Origin: the human T2T-CHM13v2.0 reference genome, Homo sapiens
Assembly: GCF_009914755.1 (NCBI RefSeq)
Contig: NC_060927.1
Reading direction: 5' to 3' (one strand)
Length of the DNA stretch: 64,000 nucleotides
Each line of letters begins with the position of its first letter. Positions within the stretch are counted from its first letter, which is position 1. The notes beneath the pieces are model-generated. The model was not told the origin of the DNA, did not search any database, and saw only the letters and a list, made by a program, of their open reading frames with translations. Positions 16,291-30,000 of this stretch are shown piece after piece. The position numbers and the translations under genes were made by a program.

Positions 16291-17996
16291 GAAATTTAAT
16301 TGTTTTCAATTTAGCTGTGCTGTCAGCGATTCTGAAGCTATCTATCTATAGAAAGAGAGAGTGTGTGTGTGAGAGAGAGAATGAATAATGAATAATGAAT
16401 AATTGGAGACAGATCTCTTACTGTTAGAGAAGTGAGTTACAAATATGGAAAGGAATACCACATGTATTATACCACAAAGGAATACCAATGTACCACAACA
16501 CTTAGAATTGGGGGTATCATGGTGAACTCATAGATTTTAATAAAGACAGATATAGAAATATATAGGTAAAGGTTGAGAAATAGGCATAGTTATTTACAAG
16601 TTCTGTCCACTTTGTGGGTTTAGAGAAATAACACACCAGAAGAAACATGTTTAAGTTTGTATGCAACATTCTGGAAAGTCATTTCTAATGAAGTGATATA
16701 TTTGTATAAAGCCCTGAAGAAAGCTAAGGAATTAGTCAAGCATTAATTCAGAGGAAGGGCATGCTATGTCCAAGGAAAAAGTTGTATGAAATGCCTGACA
16801 TGTTAAAAAATTTAGAAAGAAGATAAATGTGAAGGGAATATAGTTGATAATTTCAAAATTTTAATACAGTGCAAAATATTATAAGCTCTTGCAAGTCTTT
16901 GTGAGGACAATTCGCTGTTGTACAGATTAACACATTGGAAGGATACATCTTATAAATAGACTGTAGAAAGGCAATAGAATAATATCTGTCAATGATGATG
17001 ATGACTTGGTACAAGATGATAACTAAAGGTGAGGTAAAAAGTGGTAGGGTTTTAGATATATTTAGATTTTAGATTCCAGAAATTTAGATGCATGGATTTT
17101 TAGATGTATACACTAAGTATACAGATTTAGATGTTAAATATGTAGATCTAGGTAGATCTCTCACAAGATTTCTTCATGGATTGGGGATTAAATTTGAAAT
17201 AAACAGAAGAGCCAATAAACATTATATATCAGTTGTATTTTACTTCTATTGGAAGATCTTCAGGAGAAGCAAGTTTTAGGAGAAGTAGAGCACCTCATTT
17301 TAGACACATAAAGATCTATTAGATATTAAGAGATGTCAGATAAGCTGCTAGAAATGTGTCTGAATTTGAGGAGAGTATTTCAAACTTGAGAAATATATTT
17401 GGGAGGCATCAGTGTGAGGTGAAATCTTGAGCTATGAGCTTGAATACAGCTATCAGGAAAGTGGAAGTAGGACAGCTTGATTAGGAATTCAAGTCTGATT
17501 CTCCGGGTACTCCAGAGTTTAAAGTTTGAGAGATAAAGAACTTTTAAAGGAGAATGAAAAGCACTAGATGGAGGGCTAGTAGTAGAAAAAAAGTCAGATG
17601 GTGTCCTAAAATCAAGAAGACACTTTCAAGCTAGAGGGAGTAATCCTTTCTGTCAAAGACTGCTAATAGTAAAACAAAAAAAAAATGTGAAGACTAAGTT
17701 TTTATGGTTGTAGAGTATCCCTGATCCTAATAAAAACAATTCATCGAGTGGTAAGGTCAAAAGCTTAATTAGAGGGCCTAGTGGAAATGATACACAAGGG
17801 GAAGAATGCCTGATTTTGAAAGGAGTAAATTTATTCAAAAACACAAGATTTTTGTTTGAAAACAGGTAAGATCAAGATGAAAGAAGCTGGTGCTAATGAG
17901 AAAGATGAAGTATGGAAAAAGACTTACAAAGGCACGAAGGAGAAAGAAAAATTGCCGGGGCAATGTCTTTGAACATTCAAGTTAAAATGGGGCTGG

Positions 17997-18630
17997 TATT
18001 GGGGAAATAGAATTAAAAACAAAATCTTCACCCAACTCTGAACACCTCTTCACAAAAGCAGAAGAGAAATAAAATAATTTTATTATTGAATAACCTTCAT
18101 CTAGAAAGAAATTCTACCCTTTCATATAGTCACACAGAGACAACCCATTGACATACAATTTCTCAGGATAAACAATAGCTAGTCCTCAAGTAAGAGAAAT
18201 TGAAAGCAGCATTTATCACACTAAATTCATCCTAGATTCACCTGGCAATTGGTTTGGCCATCTGTGTTTGCTAATTGGCTTTATCCAAACTAAAAATAAA
18301 CTTGTATTGTTATTACAGGAGGTACTTTCAGAACTTGAAGTTAGGATCTTACCTTCCCACAGACCCTTTAAGACTGGGGTGCTCTATTCCTTAATGATTA
18401 TATTTCAAATAGATAGCTCCAGGATCTTGAGAAAGACATTTCTGTGTCTTAAAGCTGGAAAGCAGCTTATTTAGCATTTAAAAAGATTTACATACATTTT
18501 AAAAATACAGAGAAAGAACTTACAGGTGCCCTAAAGGAAATGGTCTAAAAAAAGGGAGGCAAAGCATCTTCTCTTATTTTCAAAGGGGAGAATTAAGCCT
18601 TTTATTTTAAATTTGTATTTGCCCTTTTAA
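17997..18630 (-). mobile_element. Old ERV1 solo LTR (LTR48-like, tentative)
   Basis: 'ttggggaaatagaattaaaaacaaaatc...ttttattattgaataa...aattaagcc...tttgtatttgccct' resembles an ERV1 LTR in reverse, with antisense AATAAA near the left end. Confidence 0.5.
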
Positions 18631-18707
18631 TACACAAGCAGAGATGCAAATCTTATTTAGAAGCACAATTTTCTTATAGAAATATAGTGTAATGTGAAGG
18701 CAGATAA

Positions 18708-19060
18708 GAGGTCCGCAATCCTTTATCCAAGACCTTTGCAGCTAGATGTATTATGAAATAAGAACGTATTTGGATCATAGGTAGGTAAAGCTGTGATGTA
18801 TACTTTATATATTAAGTAAAACCACAATGAGGTTTTAAGTAACATGCTGTAATCAAAATATTAATAGGTCTGTGGGGAATATATGAATATTCCTACTAAT
18901 TAGGATAAAAATAGCTATACATCAGTTTCAGTTAGGTTTTCTTGCCAATGAATTTAGGTCTGGTCAGGGCAAGTTTTATAACCAAATGAGTTATAAAATC
19001 TTCTCATTTTCACAGCCTTTTGAAATTTTGCTTGTTAAATAGAAGATTCGGAATTTTTGT
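18708..19060. mobile_element. MER46C-like Tigger-family DNA transposon relic
   Basis: Begins aggtccgcaatcctttatcc; internal 'gtaatcaaaatattaata...tatgaatattcctactaa...ccaaatgagtt'. Confidence 0.5.
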
Positions 19061-20245
19061 GGGAGTGGGATAGTTAACAAATGAATTAACTATAATATGA
19101 TTCATGAAAAATGGTCAAGGACCAATATGATGCCCTATAAATTTCAAAGAATAATCAGCACAACTGCATGTTTCTCTCCAGTCATGTTCATTTGTGTGTT
19201 AATGTTTCAGAGAAAGTAGAATGTTGGACTGAATTGGATCTGTTTCTTTCCAGGCAAATCGAGAAAATGGGCAAAATATTTGAGTATAAATATGAGTAAA
19301 TGATTATAATGATAAGATCTGACTCCAAGTTAGGTAAGGAGAGAAATGAGGTTGTGAGCAATGGTACACTAAAGTGGGTAGGTGAGATGAGTAGAACTAA
19401 AATACTTGCGCGGCTTAATGGTTATAAGACGATGGTTTTTACAGGCACGGAGATGGAAAAACAACAGGTGATGAGCAAAGAATGAGATTCACACTTGAGT
19501 TTACAAAGGGGTTTCAGGTGGTAATAAGCAGATCAGTAGTATACCCATGAGAACTAGTGACCAAGTCAAGGTGAAGGACAAAGTCATCTGAGGAGAAAAG
19601 CTTAGGTTATGAGAAAGAGCACCTAAATAGAAATTGAAATGGCAGTAATAATAATAGGAGTAGGTCTGGAGATGGGAACAGTAAGTAAAAAACCAAAGTA
19701 TTCAGAGAATAAGGGGAATGACCCTCTGCAGATAAGTGTAACCACCAACTTCATGTTAACTACATTTAACATATTAAATACATATTAAATAACATATTAA
19801 ATACATTTTTTTGCTTTTCTTCTATTTTCTTTCTAGGAAACTAAGATAGTTTTATGTTTTTATATGGGTATATTAGAAGTATAATTTTCACTGAAGAATT
19901 AATTTCTCTTGGTAAGTTATTGTTTCATTAACATTATTAAATCATAATATAATGTTTGAAATCACTAAAACTCATATATCAAATAAAAACTTAAGAAATT
20001 TTTAAATTAAAATTCAACCTACTTTCATGCACACATTCGAATCTACTTTTTAAATATTCAAAATGATGCAAATTATGCAGCATGCATAATTTATTAATCT
20101 AGCATTTTCCAGCCTCTTTAAGAATAAATACCAAAAATAAATTTGCCTTTCAGAGTTTTAAGTCAGTAAATATAGACCATGACCAATACAGTTTAATAAG
20201 CAGGTTTAAGTAAATCAAATTTAGGCATGGAAATTGTCAAGGTAG

Positions 20246-20949
20246 TGTTACAGTAGGTAGCTAGTCAGACTTGAGCAGGACAAGAGAAGGCCCCCAGCAC
20301 AATCAGGAATGTCAGGCAACCATCAAGTGATGGTTAGGCAGTTGGTAACTTTCTCTCTAAAACATTAATTTGTCACAGTCAGTGCCAGGGAAAGACAGTC
20401 TCCCAATAGATAGATAGAAACACCTGAAACTGGTGATCAGTAGCCTCCCAATAAAATCTCAAGAGTTACGTGAGTGGAATCACTCATGTGCACTAAGAGG
20501 CAAAATGGCAGAATTTAACTTGTATATGACCTTCTAGAAACATTTGGACTGGTAAGGGAAGAACATCTCAAGTGACGATATGTACAACTCCAGTAAACAA
20601 ACTATACATGCGGCCCCTCCCAAGTGCTGGCAGGCCACTGCAAATGCAAAGCCCACCCAAAGGGAGGATCGGGGTGAAGCAATGCAACCCCAGAAGCATG
20701 CCAATGTGTAAGACCCCAAGTCAAAGGTCAAACTGACCACTTGATCTCTCAAGTCACCTACTTTGTCCTCTTCCAAGTGTACTTTACTTCCTTTAATTCC
20801 TGGTCTGAAGCTTTTTAATAAATGTTTACTCCTGCTCTAAAACTTGACATGATCTTTCCTTGTGTCTTATGTCCCGCAGTCAAATTCTTTCTTGTGAGAA
20901 GGCAATAACTGAAGTTGCTACAGACCTATATGGATTTGCCACAGTAACA
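20246..20949 (+). mobile_element. MER50 5' LTR (ERV1)
   Basis: tgttacagtaggtagctagtcagac...cagtaaca; AATAAA near 20817; homologous to the split 3' LTR at 27096-30129. Confidence 0.9.
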
Positions 20950-20954
20950 TCCTT

Positions 20955-20974
20955 TGGTGCTGTGTAACTCAGAT
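20955..20974 (+). other. Degenerate primer-binding site (tRNA-His type)
   Basis: tggtgctgtgtaactcagat just after the 5' LTR, versus TGGTGCCGTGACTCGGAT (complement of the tRNA-His 3' end). Confidence 0.6.
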
Positions 20975-23900
20975 ACATTCCCCAGTGGTAAGTCTCCTCT
21001 ATGCCTCTTCTTCTTCAGCTGGAGGAGTTCAACCCCTGTATGTGTTTTTCTTCTCCCCTTTCACTCTCCTGACCCTAGAACAATTTATCTCAGCCAAGGA
21101 AGCTCTGCTCCTTCTGGCTGATCTCTCAGCTCATCCTGATGGGTGTTTCTTAGGGGTGGGAAAGAACTTGGAGTCCACATCGAGCAGGATGGAGACACTA
21201 ATCATCCTCCTGCACAAGAGGCTCGCAAGAATGGTAGGGCTAATGTCTAACATTGTGCAATGTCCAGTTTTTCCTCCATTTTTTAACTAAAATTGGCTCT
21301 TTCCCAAAACCTCACACTGCTTATTCTCGTGTTTTCTCTGTGTGTATCCTGAAATGGCCTTATGCACCCACCAGACTGTCCACCTTGGATGTGAGTCTGC
21401 CTCTTTGCTTTTGCTTTGCATGACATGTGACTTTGTAAACTCACAATCCCTGTTATTTTTGTACACACAGCTCTTGTGTTTGTGCAGCAGCAAAGACAAA
21501 GCTTCCCTTAAAATATCCACTGAGATTTATACTTATTTTTACCCTACAGGCTCAGATGACCTTCAACACTTCCCCTGTCTGCTGGCACATTGCTGGGACT
21601 GACACTAATTGGAACCCCAGCTCTGCCAGCTTCTTATGACTTACCATATGCTTTTCATTACTTTTACACCCAAGGGCCAAGTTTGTCTTGGCTTTTGAAG
21701 CATTTGTCCACCTGCATAGAGCCTCACTCTCTGGCCATTTAAGGATCTCATCAACTTACTTTTTTTTTTTTTGAGTTATTAAAGCACCCCTTTGAGAGGA
21801 AGTGAAATTCCTCTTTTGCAATTTACGAGTTCTCACCCTAAGCTCTTAGTCCTCCTGAGGTTACTAGTTTATGTCAAGAGCAAATAAATGTTTGCCTCTC
21901 TAATTCAAGGGATGTTTTTCTTACAAGGATATGAAGGCTTCCATGAGTATTTCTCTTGATTTCTCCCACTTCCCCCTGTAGCTTCATTTCTCTAACTACT
22001 TCCATGGCCTTCCCAACATGCATCAAGACCTTGAAGGTTACATTTGAAGGGACAGAAGTCCCAGAGCCTTGTGGCAGTTAGCTGAAAAATAGGTTTCTTG
22101 TCTACTGAAAGAACGTGGGAAATGGGAATATGAAAGAAGAGATAATCATTTTATTGCTACTATGCTCTGAGCAAGAGTCACTATAAAGTCATGGAGACAA
22201 GCATATAGGCCAGCCCAAAGCGACAGGAGCAAGAGACTCATAGGACAGAGATGGAGGTTTCTCCCAGGCTAACAGATTACCATATTAGAATAGAGATAAA
22301 GGCAAGGTTATAGATACATAGTAAGACTGGTTCATTCTAGAACCTTAAGGGTGAATGGAGTATGCCCTATTCAGGATAATAGGAAAGTAAAAAGGCATAC
22401 TTTCTTGGTTTGTTTTTCCTTTTTTTTTCCCTCTCTTCTCTCCTCACAGATGCATAATTTTGCCTCCACAACACAGGACAAGCTCCTCGGATCCATCTCC
22501 CAAAACTGGGAAAAGTATGATTGCCTCACACCTTAAAACAAACAAACAAAAAACTAGTTTTCCTTTGTAATATTATTCGGCGTAGAAATGAACGGGGAGG
22601 AATTTACAAAAGTCAGTCTTGGAACTCAGTGCCCCTGTGCAGGAAATCCTTAAATTAGCTGCCTCAGTCTTTTATAACCAAGATCAGGACAAGGAACACA
22701 GAGCTAAAGAAAAGGAGAAATGCAGAAAGAAGAGGCAGGTTTGATTACTGGCTGCTCTGTCAGCCCACCAGCCCTGTCCAGGTATGTCTAGGGACACTCC
22801 TGCAGGTAACTGTAAGGCAAATTGCCCCAGTGAGATAAATGGGAAAAAGTCCTGCATATCTCATCCTCTCTGCCAGAAGCTCAGCCACTGGAAACAGGAC
22901 TTCCCTGAGGGCCAAAGGGCCCATGGGACAGATTCCCAATCCCTGATGGTCTTGAGCTGAAGGGCGGTCTGCTATGGCTGGCTTCTAAATTGGACATAAT
23001 TATCAACAGAACAAAGCCAAGGAGAACTCTGGAGGCAGCAAGTAAAATTATAAATTCCCCTTTTGGTTTCAAGAGCCGCCTACTCTGTGCTAATCTTCTC
23101 TAAGCAACTGCCTCCAAATCCTATTATGTAACAGAGGCAAATGGTAGCCCCTCCCATCAAAAGAAAAAATTCACACCCCTTTGGGGCAAAAATATGCTTT
23201 CCAAGAGAGGTGCCTGCTTAATATTTACCCAAGGTCTAAATACATATTTTCCTATAATAACCGTGTTTCCCCTGGGAAAGCTGCCTAAATCTTTAGCCAA
23301 TAACCTGGACAGTCCTACTTCAGGGGTTTAGAAATAGCTCACACTTATTTGACAAATCCTACCAAAAATCTAACCAAGCAATCTCTTGAGGGAGGATAAA
23401 GTCTACAATACATAGATGACCTCCTTATCTGGTCCCCTTTCACAGGACTCATACAGCAACATGCAGTACAAACCTTAACTTCCTAACAGAAAGAAAATTA
23501 CTTTTGTCTAATTCAAAGTTTATAAAGTTAAAGAGGTATTTTTGATAAAGGAGGTTATAAAGAAATTTTATATGAGAACATATCTTTTATGGTAAATTCT
23601 TGCCCTAAAGTAAAATGACTGGTTATTTAGAAAGATGGATGTTTAGGACAATTCAGAAAGTCCAGGCATGTTGTAGACAGTCTTTGTAAGTCGTGACTAG
23701 ATTTGTGAAAGATAATTTATTAAAATTGTACAGTTTTAAAGGCTATTAGGTCTAATAAATGCTTTAAGGTTATAAAATATTATAAACTTCTCTTGACTGT
23801 ACAACTTGCCTGCTTTAAACCTAGGTAAGGTGGGGACATGCAGAGACAGCAATGCCCCTTAGTTATGTTGGAAAGAGTCAGACCTTATCTGCACTTCTGT

Positions 23901-25821
23901 CTGGTGTACTACGCTCCACATCTAGTACATAATTAGGATCACTTATTCAACAGATTTTCACCAAAAGTAAATGTAGCTAAGAGTCAACAGAGTAACATGT
24001 ATTAGACACTACTGGAAAAATAGTTTTACATACAAGGCATGTAAGGCAAGTAAAATGTAATTTTGGTCAAAGATTATAAGAAGGCATGGAAATGTGAAAT
24101 ATTTTGCCTAATTTAGATGGTTAAAAGATTGTTTTAATTTAGATAGGATAAAGTTAAAGATTTAACCAAGTTGTGGGAGTTATGTGAAGATGAATTTGTG
24201 AAAGAAACTCTGTGTGTTATGTAATCATATTGGCTAAAGTTAAAGGGGTATTATTTATTCATAAACTGAACATCAAAATAAAAGTACAACATAGTTTTCT
24301 TAGAGCATTGTTCTGCTCTTTAAGAGAAAATTGTAAAGGGTTGTAAAAGGTATATGAGAATCTCACCTTATGGTCAAACTGATTAAGATGGAATAGGTTT
24401 GTCTATGAGATTTTATTAAGAACTGGATTTGACATCAATATTACACAAATGCAAAGATAAAAATCAGGCCTTCTTTGGGCTGTATTTGCATAAATGTGTT
24501 ATCAGCATGTGTTCCAAAATTAGGCAACAATGCTATAATTCTGATATGTATTAGTATATGTTGTCAGTAATCATTATAACTGTTTAATTATTGTTTGTAA
24601 CAGAGGTAACAAATTTTCTTGTCAATTGTGTCTTTGATTGTGGCTGCCTTAAAATGTTTCAGCATCCACAGACAATTGTCATCATATTTTAGTCCCCTTT
24701 AAAAAATAATTTTATGATCAGCTGTATGACTCTAACAGATGCTCTTATATGCAGGTTTCTAATAACTTTGCTTGTTGTGGCATTAGAATAGAGGAAAAAA
24801 CTTTCAGGAGACTCATGGAGAGCTGAATTGTTCATGAATATCTAGCAGAACAGGAGTTAACTGCATGTACTGAACTAATAAAAGACAAAAATAATCCTTT
24901 CATGACTGTTTGGTTGAAACATTGCTGATCTTACATTTGTTTTTCAAAGCCAAGAAAACTTTTCTTTTGAGCTATTTAGAGCATTTAGCAATTAAGTAAA
25001 GTATACTCATAAACAAAATTTGCAGCATATTTCTCTCTACTCTCTCCAAAATTTGGAAACTAATTGTGAGTATTCTTTACTTAGGGCAATATAGTTATTT
25101 GCATAGTACAATAATAAGCACACCTTTGCAACAGGACACAATGGGAAAAACTGTTTATTTTACCAAGACTTCAACTGGAATTGTGTGCTTGCCTTTAAGA
25201 AATAAAATGTTACTTATCAAGGTAATAAAAGCCCCTTGGATACACAATCCCTGTGCAGGGTTTCATACCTATGGTTAGTAAAGAATTTCAGTTTCTGAGA
25301 GTCTCAGGAGCTCCAAGTCATCTTGGGACCTCAGGAGAGAGGAATTTATGGAAATCATACAAATATTCAGTGGCACAAACCTATGGCTGGGCTCAAGGCT
25401 TTAAAATAGTCACATCTAAGATTTCCAATGGAACAAAGTTCCATCAATACCAATTTAAAAAGGAGCCTATATGGCAAATAATTATTCTTGCTGAGCTTTA
25501 AGCAAATAATCAGACAAAGTATAATAAGACTAAAGATTATTTAAATAAATCAGTCTTACCATAATTTGTTTTTAATAAAAATGACGACTGGAGAGAGAAA
25601 AAACATGTTTCAAAAACTATGGTTCACCTGTTATTAGATTCTAGCATCATCAATTGTTTTTGAGTTTTTGTCTGAAATTTAGACTAACCCTGCTTATTCC
25701 TGTGAACCAGTCAATTATTTCTGGCTGCAGTTTATATGAGGAATGGACCATCAAGCTTCAGATAATCTTTAGTGAGGGATACTGTTTTACCAATATTTAA
25801 GAGTCATCCTTCTACAGGGGA

Positions 25822-26848
25822 TGTTGCGGGAAGTCTGGGACCCCAAAAGGAGGGGCTGGCTGGAGCTGTGCCAGAAGAACATAAATTGTGAAGATTTCAT
25901 GGACATTTATCAGTTCCCAAATAATACTTTCATAATTTCTTATGCCTGTCTTTCTTTTAATCTCTTAATCCCGTTATCTTTGTAAGCTGAGGATGTAGGT
26001 CACCTCAGTACCACTGTGATGATTGTGTTAACTGTACAAATTGATTGTAAAATGTACTTTTGGTCAAAGATCATATTGTGTGTTTGAACAATATGAAATC
26101 AGTACACCTTGAAAATGAACAGAATTACAGCGATTTTAGGGAACAATGGAAGACAACCATAAGGTCTGACTGCCTGTGGGGTCAGGCAAAAAGAGTCATA
26201 TTTTTTTTCTTGCATAGAGCCAATAAACAGATGTGCAAGTAGGGAAGACATCACTAAATTATTTTCCTAGCAAGGAATATTGATATTAATGCTCTGGGAA
26301 GAGAATTGCATTCCTGGGGGAGGTCTATAAATGGCCGCTCTGGGGATGTCTGTCCTATACGTTTGAGATAAGGACTGAGATACACCCTGGTCTCCTGCAG
26401 TACCCTCAGGCTTACTAGGATTGGGAAACTCCAGCCTGGTACATTTTTGGTTAGACCATTTCTCTGCTCTTGAACCCTGTTTTCTGTTAAGATGTTTATC
26501 AAACAATACATGCACCACTGAATATAGACCCTTATCAGGAGTTTCTGATTTTGCCCTTGCCCTGTTTCCTCAGAAGCATATGATCTTTGCTTTGCTTTTT
26601 CCCATTGAAGCATGTGACCTACTTCCTGTTTGTACATCCCCTCCCCTTTTGAAATCCTTAATAAAAACTTGCTGGTTTTGCAGCTCTGGTGGGCATCATG
26701 GTCCTACCGATATGTGATGTCACCCCCAGCGGCCCAGCTGTAAAAGTCCTCTCTTTGTACTCTTTCTCTTTATTTCTCAGACTGGCCAACACTTATGGAA
26801 AATAGAAAGAATCTACATTGAAATATTCGGGGTGGGGTTCCCTCGATA
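25822..26848 (+). mobile_element. MER11 solo LTR (HERV-K11/HML-8, ERVK)
   Basis: Begins tgttgcgggaagtctgggacccc, ends ggggttccctcgata; TATAAA near 26326, AATAAA near 26660; degenerate 6-bp TSD agggga/agaaga. Confidence 0.92.
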
Positions 26849-27095
26849 AGAAGACTCCTAGACTGCCCATCAGTAGGACACAACAAAGGCAAAATCCTTC
26901 AACTATCTCTCTTGGACATGTCTAGATACTGTTTTCACCAAAACACAGAGCCAACACTGCCCTGATAGCTCGCAAGTGGCCCAGATCCACAAACCCACCA
27001 CCACAACCTCACTCACAGCAGGAAGCACTTACATATGACTCACCTTCATCCATTTTCTCCAAAGAATTGGGGCCTTGGACTTTTAAGGTGGGAAA

Positions 27096-30000
27096 TGTAA
27101 CAGTAGGCAGCTAGTCAGACGTGAGCCAGGCAGGAGATCCCCTCCACCCCAGGAATGTCAGGTGACCCTCATGTTATGGTCAGGCCATTGCTAAGCTGTC
27201 TCTTTAATATAATAATTGGCTGCATCCAGAACCAGGGAAATATACTCTCCTAATAGGTAGAAACACCTAAAGCTGATGATCATAGCTTCCCAAAAAAACC
27301 TAAAAGTTGGTAGAGTGAGATCATGCATGTGCACTGTATTAGTCCATTCTCACACTGCTATAAAGAACTACCTGAGACTGGGTAATTTATAAAAGAGGCT
27401 TAGTTGACTCACAGCTCTGCAGTATTAACAGAAATCATGACTGGAAGGCCTCAGGAAACTTACAATCATGGCAGAAGGTAAAGGGGAAACAAGCCCATCT
27501 TATCATGGTAAAGAATGAGAGAGAGAGGAAAGAGGGAGGTGCCACACACTTTCAAGCAATCACATCTTATGAGAACTCACTCACTATCAAGAGAACAGCA
27601 AGGGAGGAATCTATCCCATGATCCAATCACCTCCTACCAGGCCCCTCCTCCAATTTAACATGAGATTTGCACATGGACATAAATCTTAACCATATTCTTA
27701 TACCCCAAGCCCCTCCCAAATTTCATATTCTTCTCACATTGCAAAATACAATTATTCCTTCTCAATAGTACCCTAGTCTTAACTCATTACAGTAATAACT
27801 CAAAAATCCACAGTTCAAAGTCTCATCTGAGACAAGTAAGTCCCTTCTGCCTATGAGCCTGTAAAATAAAAAACAAATTAGTTACTTCCAAATTACAATG
27901 AGGATATAGGCATTTAGTAAATGCTCCCCCTTCCAAATGGAAGAAATTGGCCAAAATTAAAGGGCTACAGGACACATGCAAGCTCAAAACCCAGCAGGGC
28001 ACTCATTAAATCTTAAAACTCCAAAATAATCTCCTTGGACTTCATATCTCACAACCAGAGCATGCTGATACAAGAGCTGGGCTCCCAAGGCCCTGGGCAG
28101 CTCCATCCCTTTGGCTCTGCAGGGAACAGCCCCCATGGCTGCTTTCAAGAGCTGATGTTAAGTGCCTTCCAGCTTTAAGCTGTGCCTGGAAAACTGGCAG
28201 GCACTCAACACCAAAGCTGCTGAGTATATCTTTAAAACCTCTCAGTGTATCTATAATTCTGGGGTCAGGAAGACAGTGGCCCTCTTCTCACAGCTCCATT
28301 AGGTAGTGCCTCAGTGAGAACTCTGTGTGGGGGCTCAAACCCCACATTTCCCTTATGCACTGCCCTAGTAGAGTTTCTGCATGAGGACCCCACCCCTGCA
28401 GCAGACTTCTGCCTTGACATCCAAGTATTTTCATGCATCCTCGGAAATCTAACCAGAGGTTCCCAAACCTCAATTCTTGCCTTCTGTCCACCAGCAGGCC
28501 CAAAATCACAGTGAAGCTGCAAAGGCTTGGGGCTTTTACCCTCTGAAACAATGGCCTGAGCTGTACCTTGGCCTCTTTTACCCGTGACTGGAGCTGGAGA
28601 GGCTGGGATACAGGATACCCTGTTCTGAATTTGCACAGAGCAGCAGTTATCTGGGCCTGGCCCATAAAACCATTTTTTTCCTGCTAGACCTCTGGGACTG
28701 TGATGGGAGGGGTTGCTGTGAAGATCTCTGTAATGCCCTGGAGATATTTTTTTCCATTGTCTTGGTGATTAACATTTGGTTCCTTGTTACATAGGCAAAT
28801 TTCTGCAGCTGGCTTGAATTTCTTTCTGGAAAATGACTTTTTCTTTTCTACTGCATTGTCAGGCTACAAATTTTTCAAACTTTTATGCTGTGCTTCACTT
28901 TTATATATAAGTTCCAATTTTAGACCATCTCTTTCTTCATGCATATGAGCATACACTTTCAGAAACATCCAGGTAACTTCTCAAATGCTTTGCTGCTTTT
29001 GCCAGATACCCTAAATCATCTCTTTCCAGTACAACATTCCACAGATTTCTAGGACAGGGTAAAAAAGGCTGCCAGTCTGTTTGCTAAAGAAGAGCAAGAG
29101 TGACCTTTCCTTGAGTTCCCAACAAGTTCATCATCCCTATCAGAGACCACCTCAGCCTGGACTACATGGTTCATGTCACTATCAACATTTTGGTAAAAGC
29201 CATTCAACAAGTCTCTAGAAAGTTGCAAACTTTCCCACATCTTTCTATCTTTTTCTGAGGCCTTTAAACTGTATTTTAATTTTAATTTTCTGTGTTAGCC
29301 TGTTCTCAGACTGCTATAAAGAACTACCTGATATTGGGTAATTTATAAACAAAAGAAGTTTAATTGACTCACAGTTCTTCAAGCACAAAAGGAAGCATGA
29401 CTGGGAAGCCTCAGGAAACTTACAATCATGGCAGAAGGCGAAGGGGAAGCAAACACATCTTACCATGGTAGAGCAGGTGAGAGAGAGAAGGAAGGGTGAT
29501 GTGCCACACTGTTTTAAATGATCAGATCTTCTGAGAACTCACTCACTGTCATTAAAACAGCAAGGATGAAATTTGCCCCAATGATCCAATCACCCCCTAC
29601 CAGGAACCTCCTTCAATTTGACATGAGATTTGGTCCGGGGCACAAATCCAAGCCATGCCATACACTAAGAGGCAATATGGCAGAGTTAAACTGGTATATA
29701 ACCTTCTAGAAATATTCAGAATGGTAAGGGAAAAACACGTTAAATGATTATGTGTACAACTATAGTAAACACACTGCACATGAGTCCCCATCAAAGTGCT
29801 GGCAGGCCAGTGTGTATGTGGACAACCCATTCCTAGAGAAAAACCAAGGGAGAAGGTATGCAACACCAGAAGCATGCCAATGTGTAAGACCTAAGTCAAA
29901 AATAAAATGCTCTACTCGATCTCTGAAGTTGCCCTTTTGGCCCTCTTCCAAGTGTTCTTTCCAACTGTATGTCTTTTCATTCCTGCTCTAAATCGTTTTA

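Larger units (their letters stand above)
16670..19740 (-). mobile_element. L2 fragments (interrupted by an LTR and a DNA transposon)
   Basis: Purine-rich L2 antisense motifs such as 'tttagacacat...gagatgtcagataagctgctagaaatgtgtctg...atttgggaggcatcag'. Confidence 0.6.
20950..27095 (+). mobile_element. MER50-int internal region with gag, pol and env-tail remnants (non-coding)
   Basis: gag MA-like 'QNWEKYD' near 22500; NC-like 'QKLSHWKQD' near 22875; RT 'WTVLLQGFRNSSHLFD' (23306) and 'LQYIDDLLI' (23403) in different frames; env-tail-like 'FYRG|LLDCP' split by MER11; PPT aaggtgggaaa at 27085-27095. Confidence 0.85.

Noticed and set aside
28265-28665. ORFs of 100-125 aa recurring in three MaLR internal regions
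   Set aside because: Fragments of the degenerate THE1 internal sequence, broken at different places in each copy
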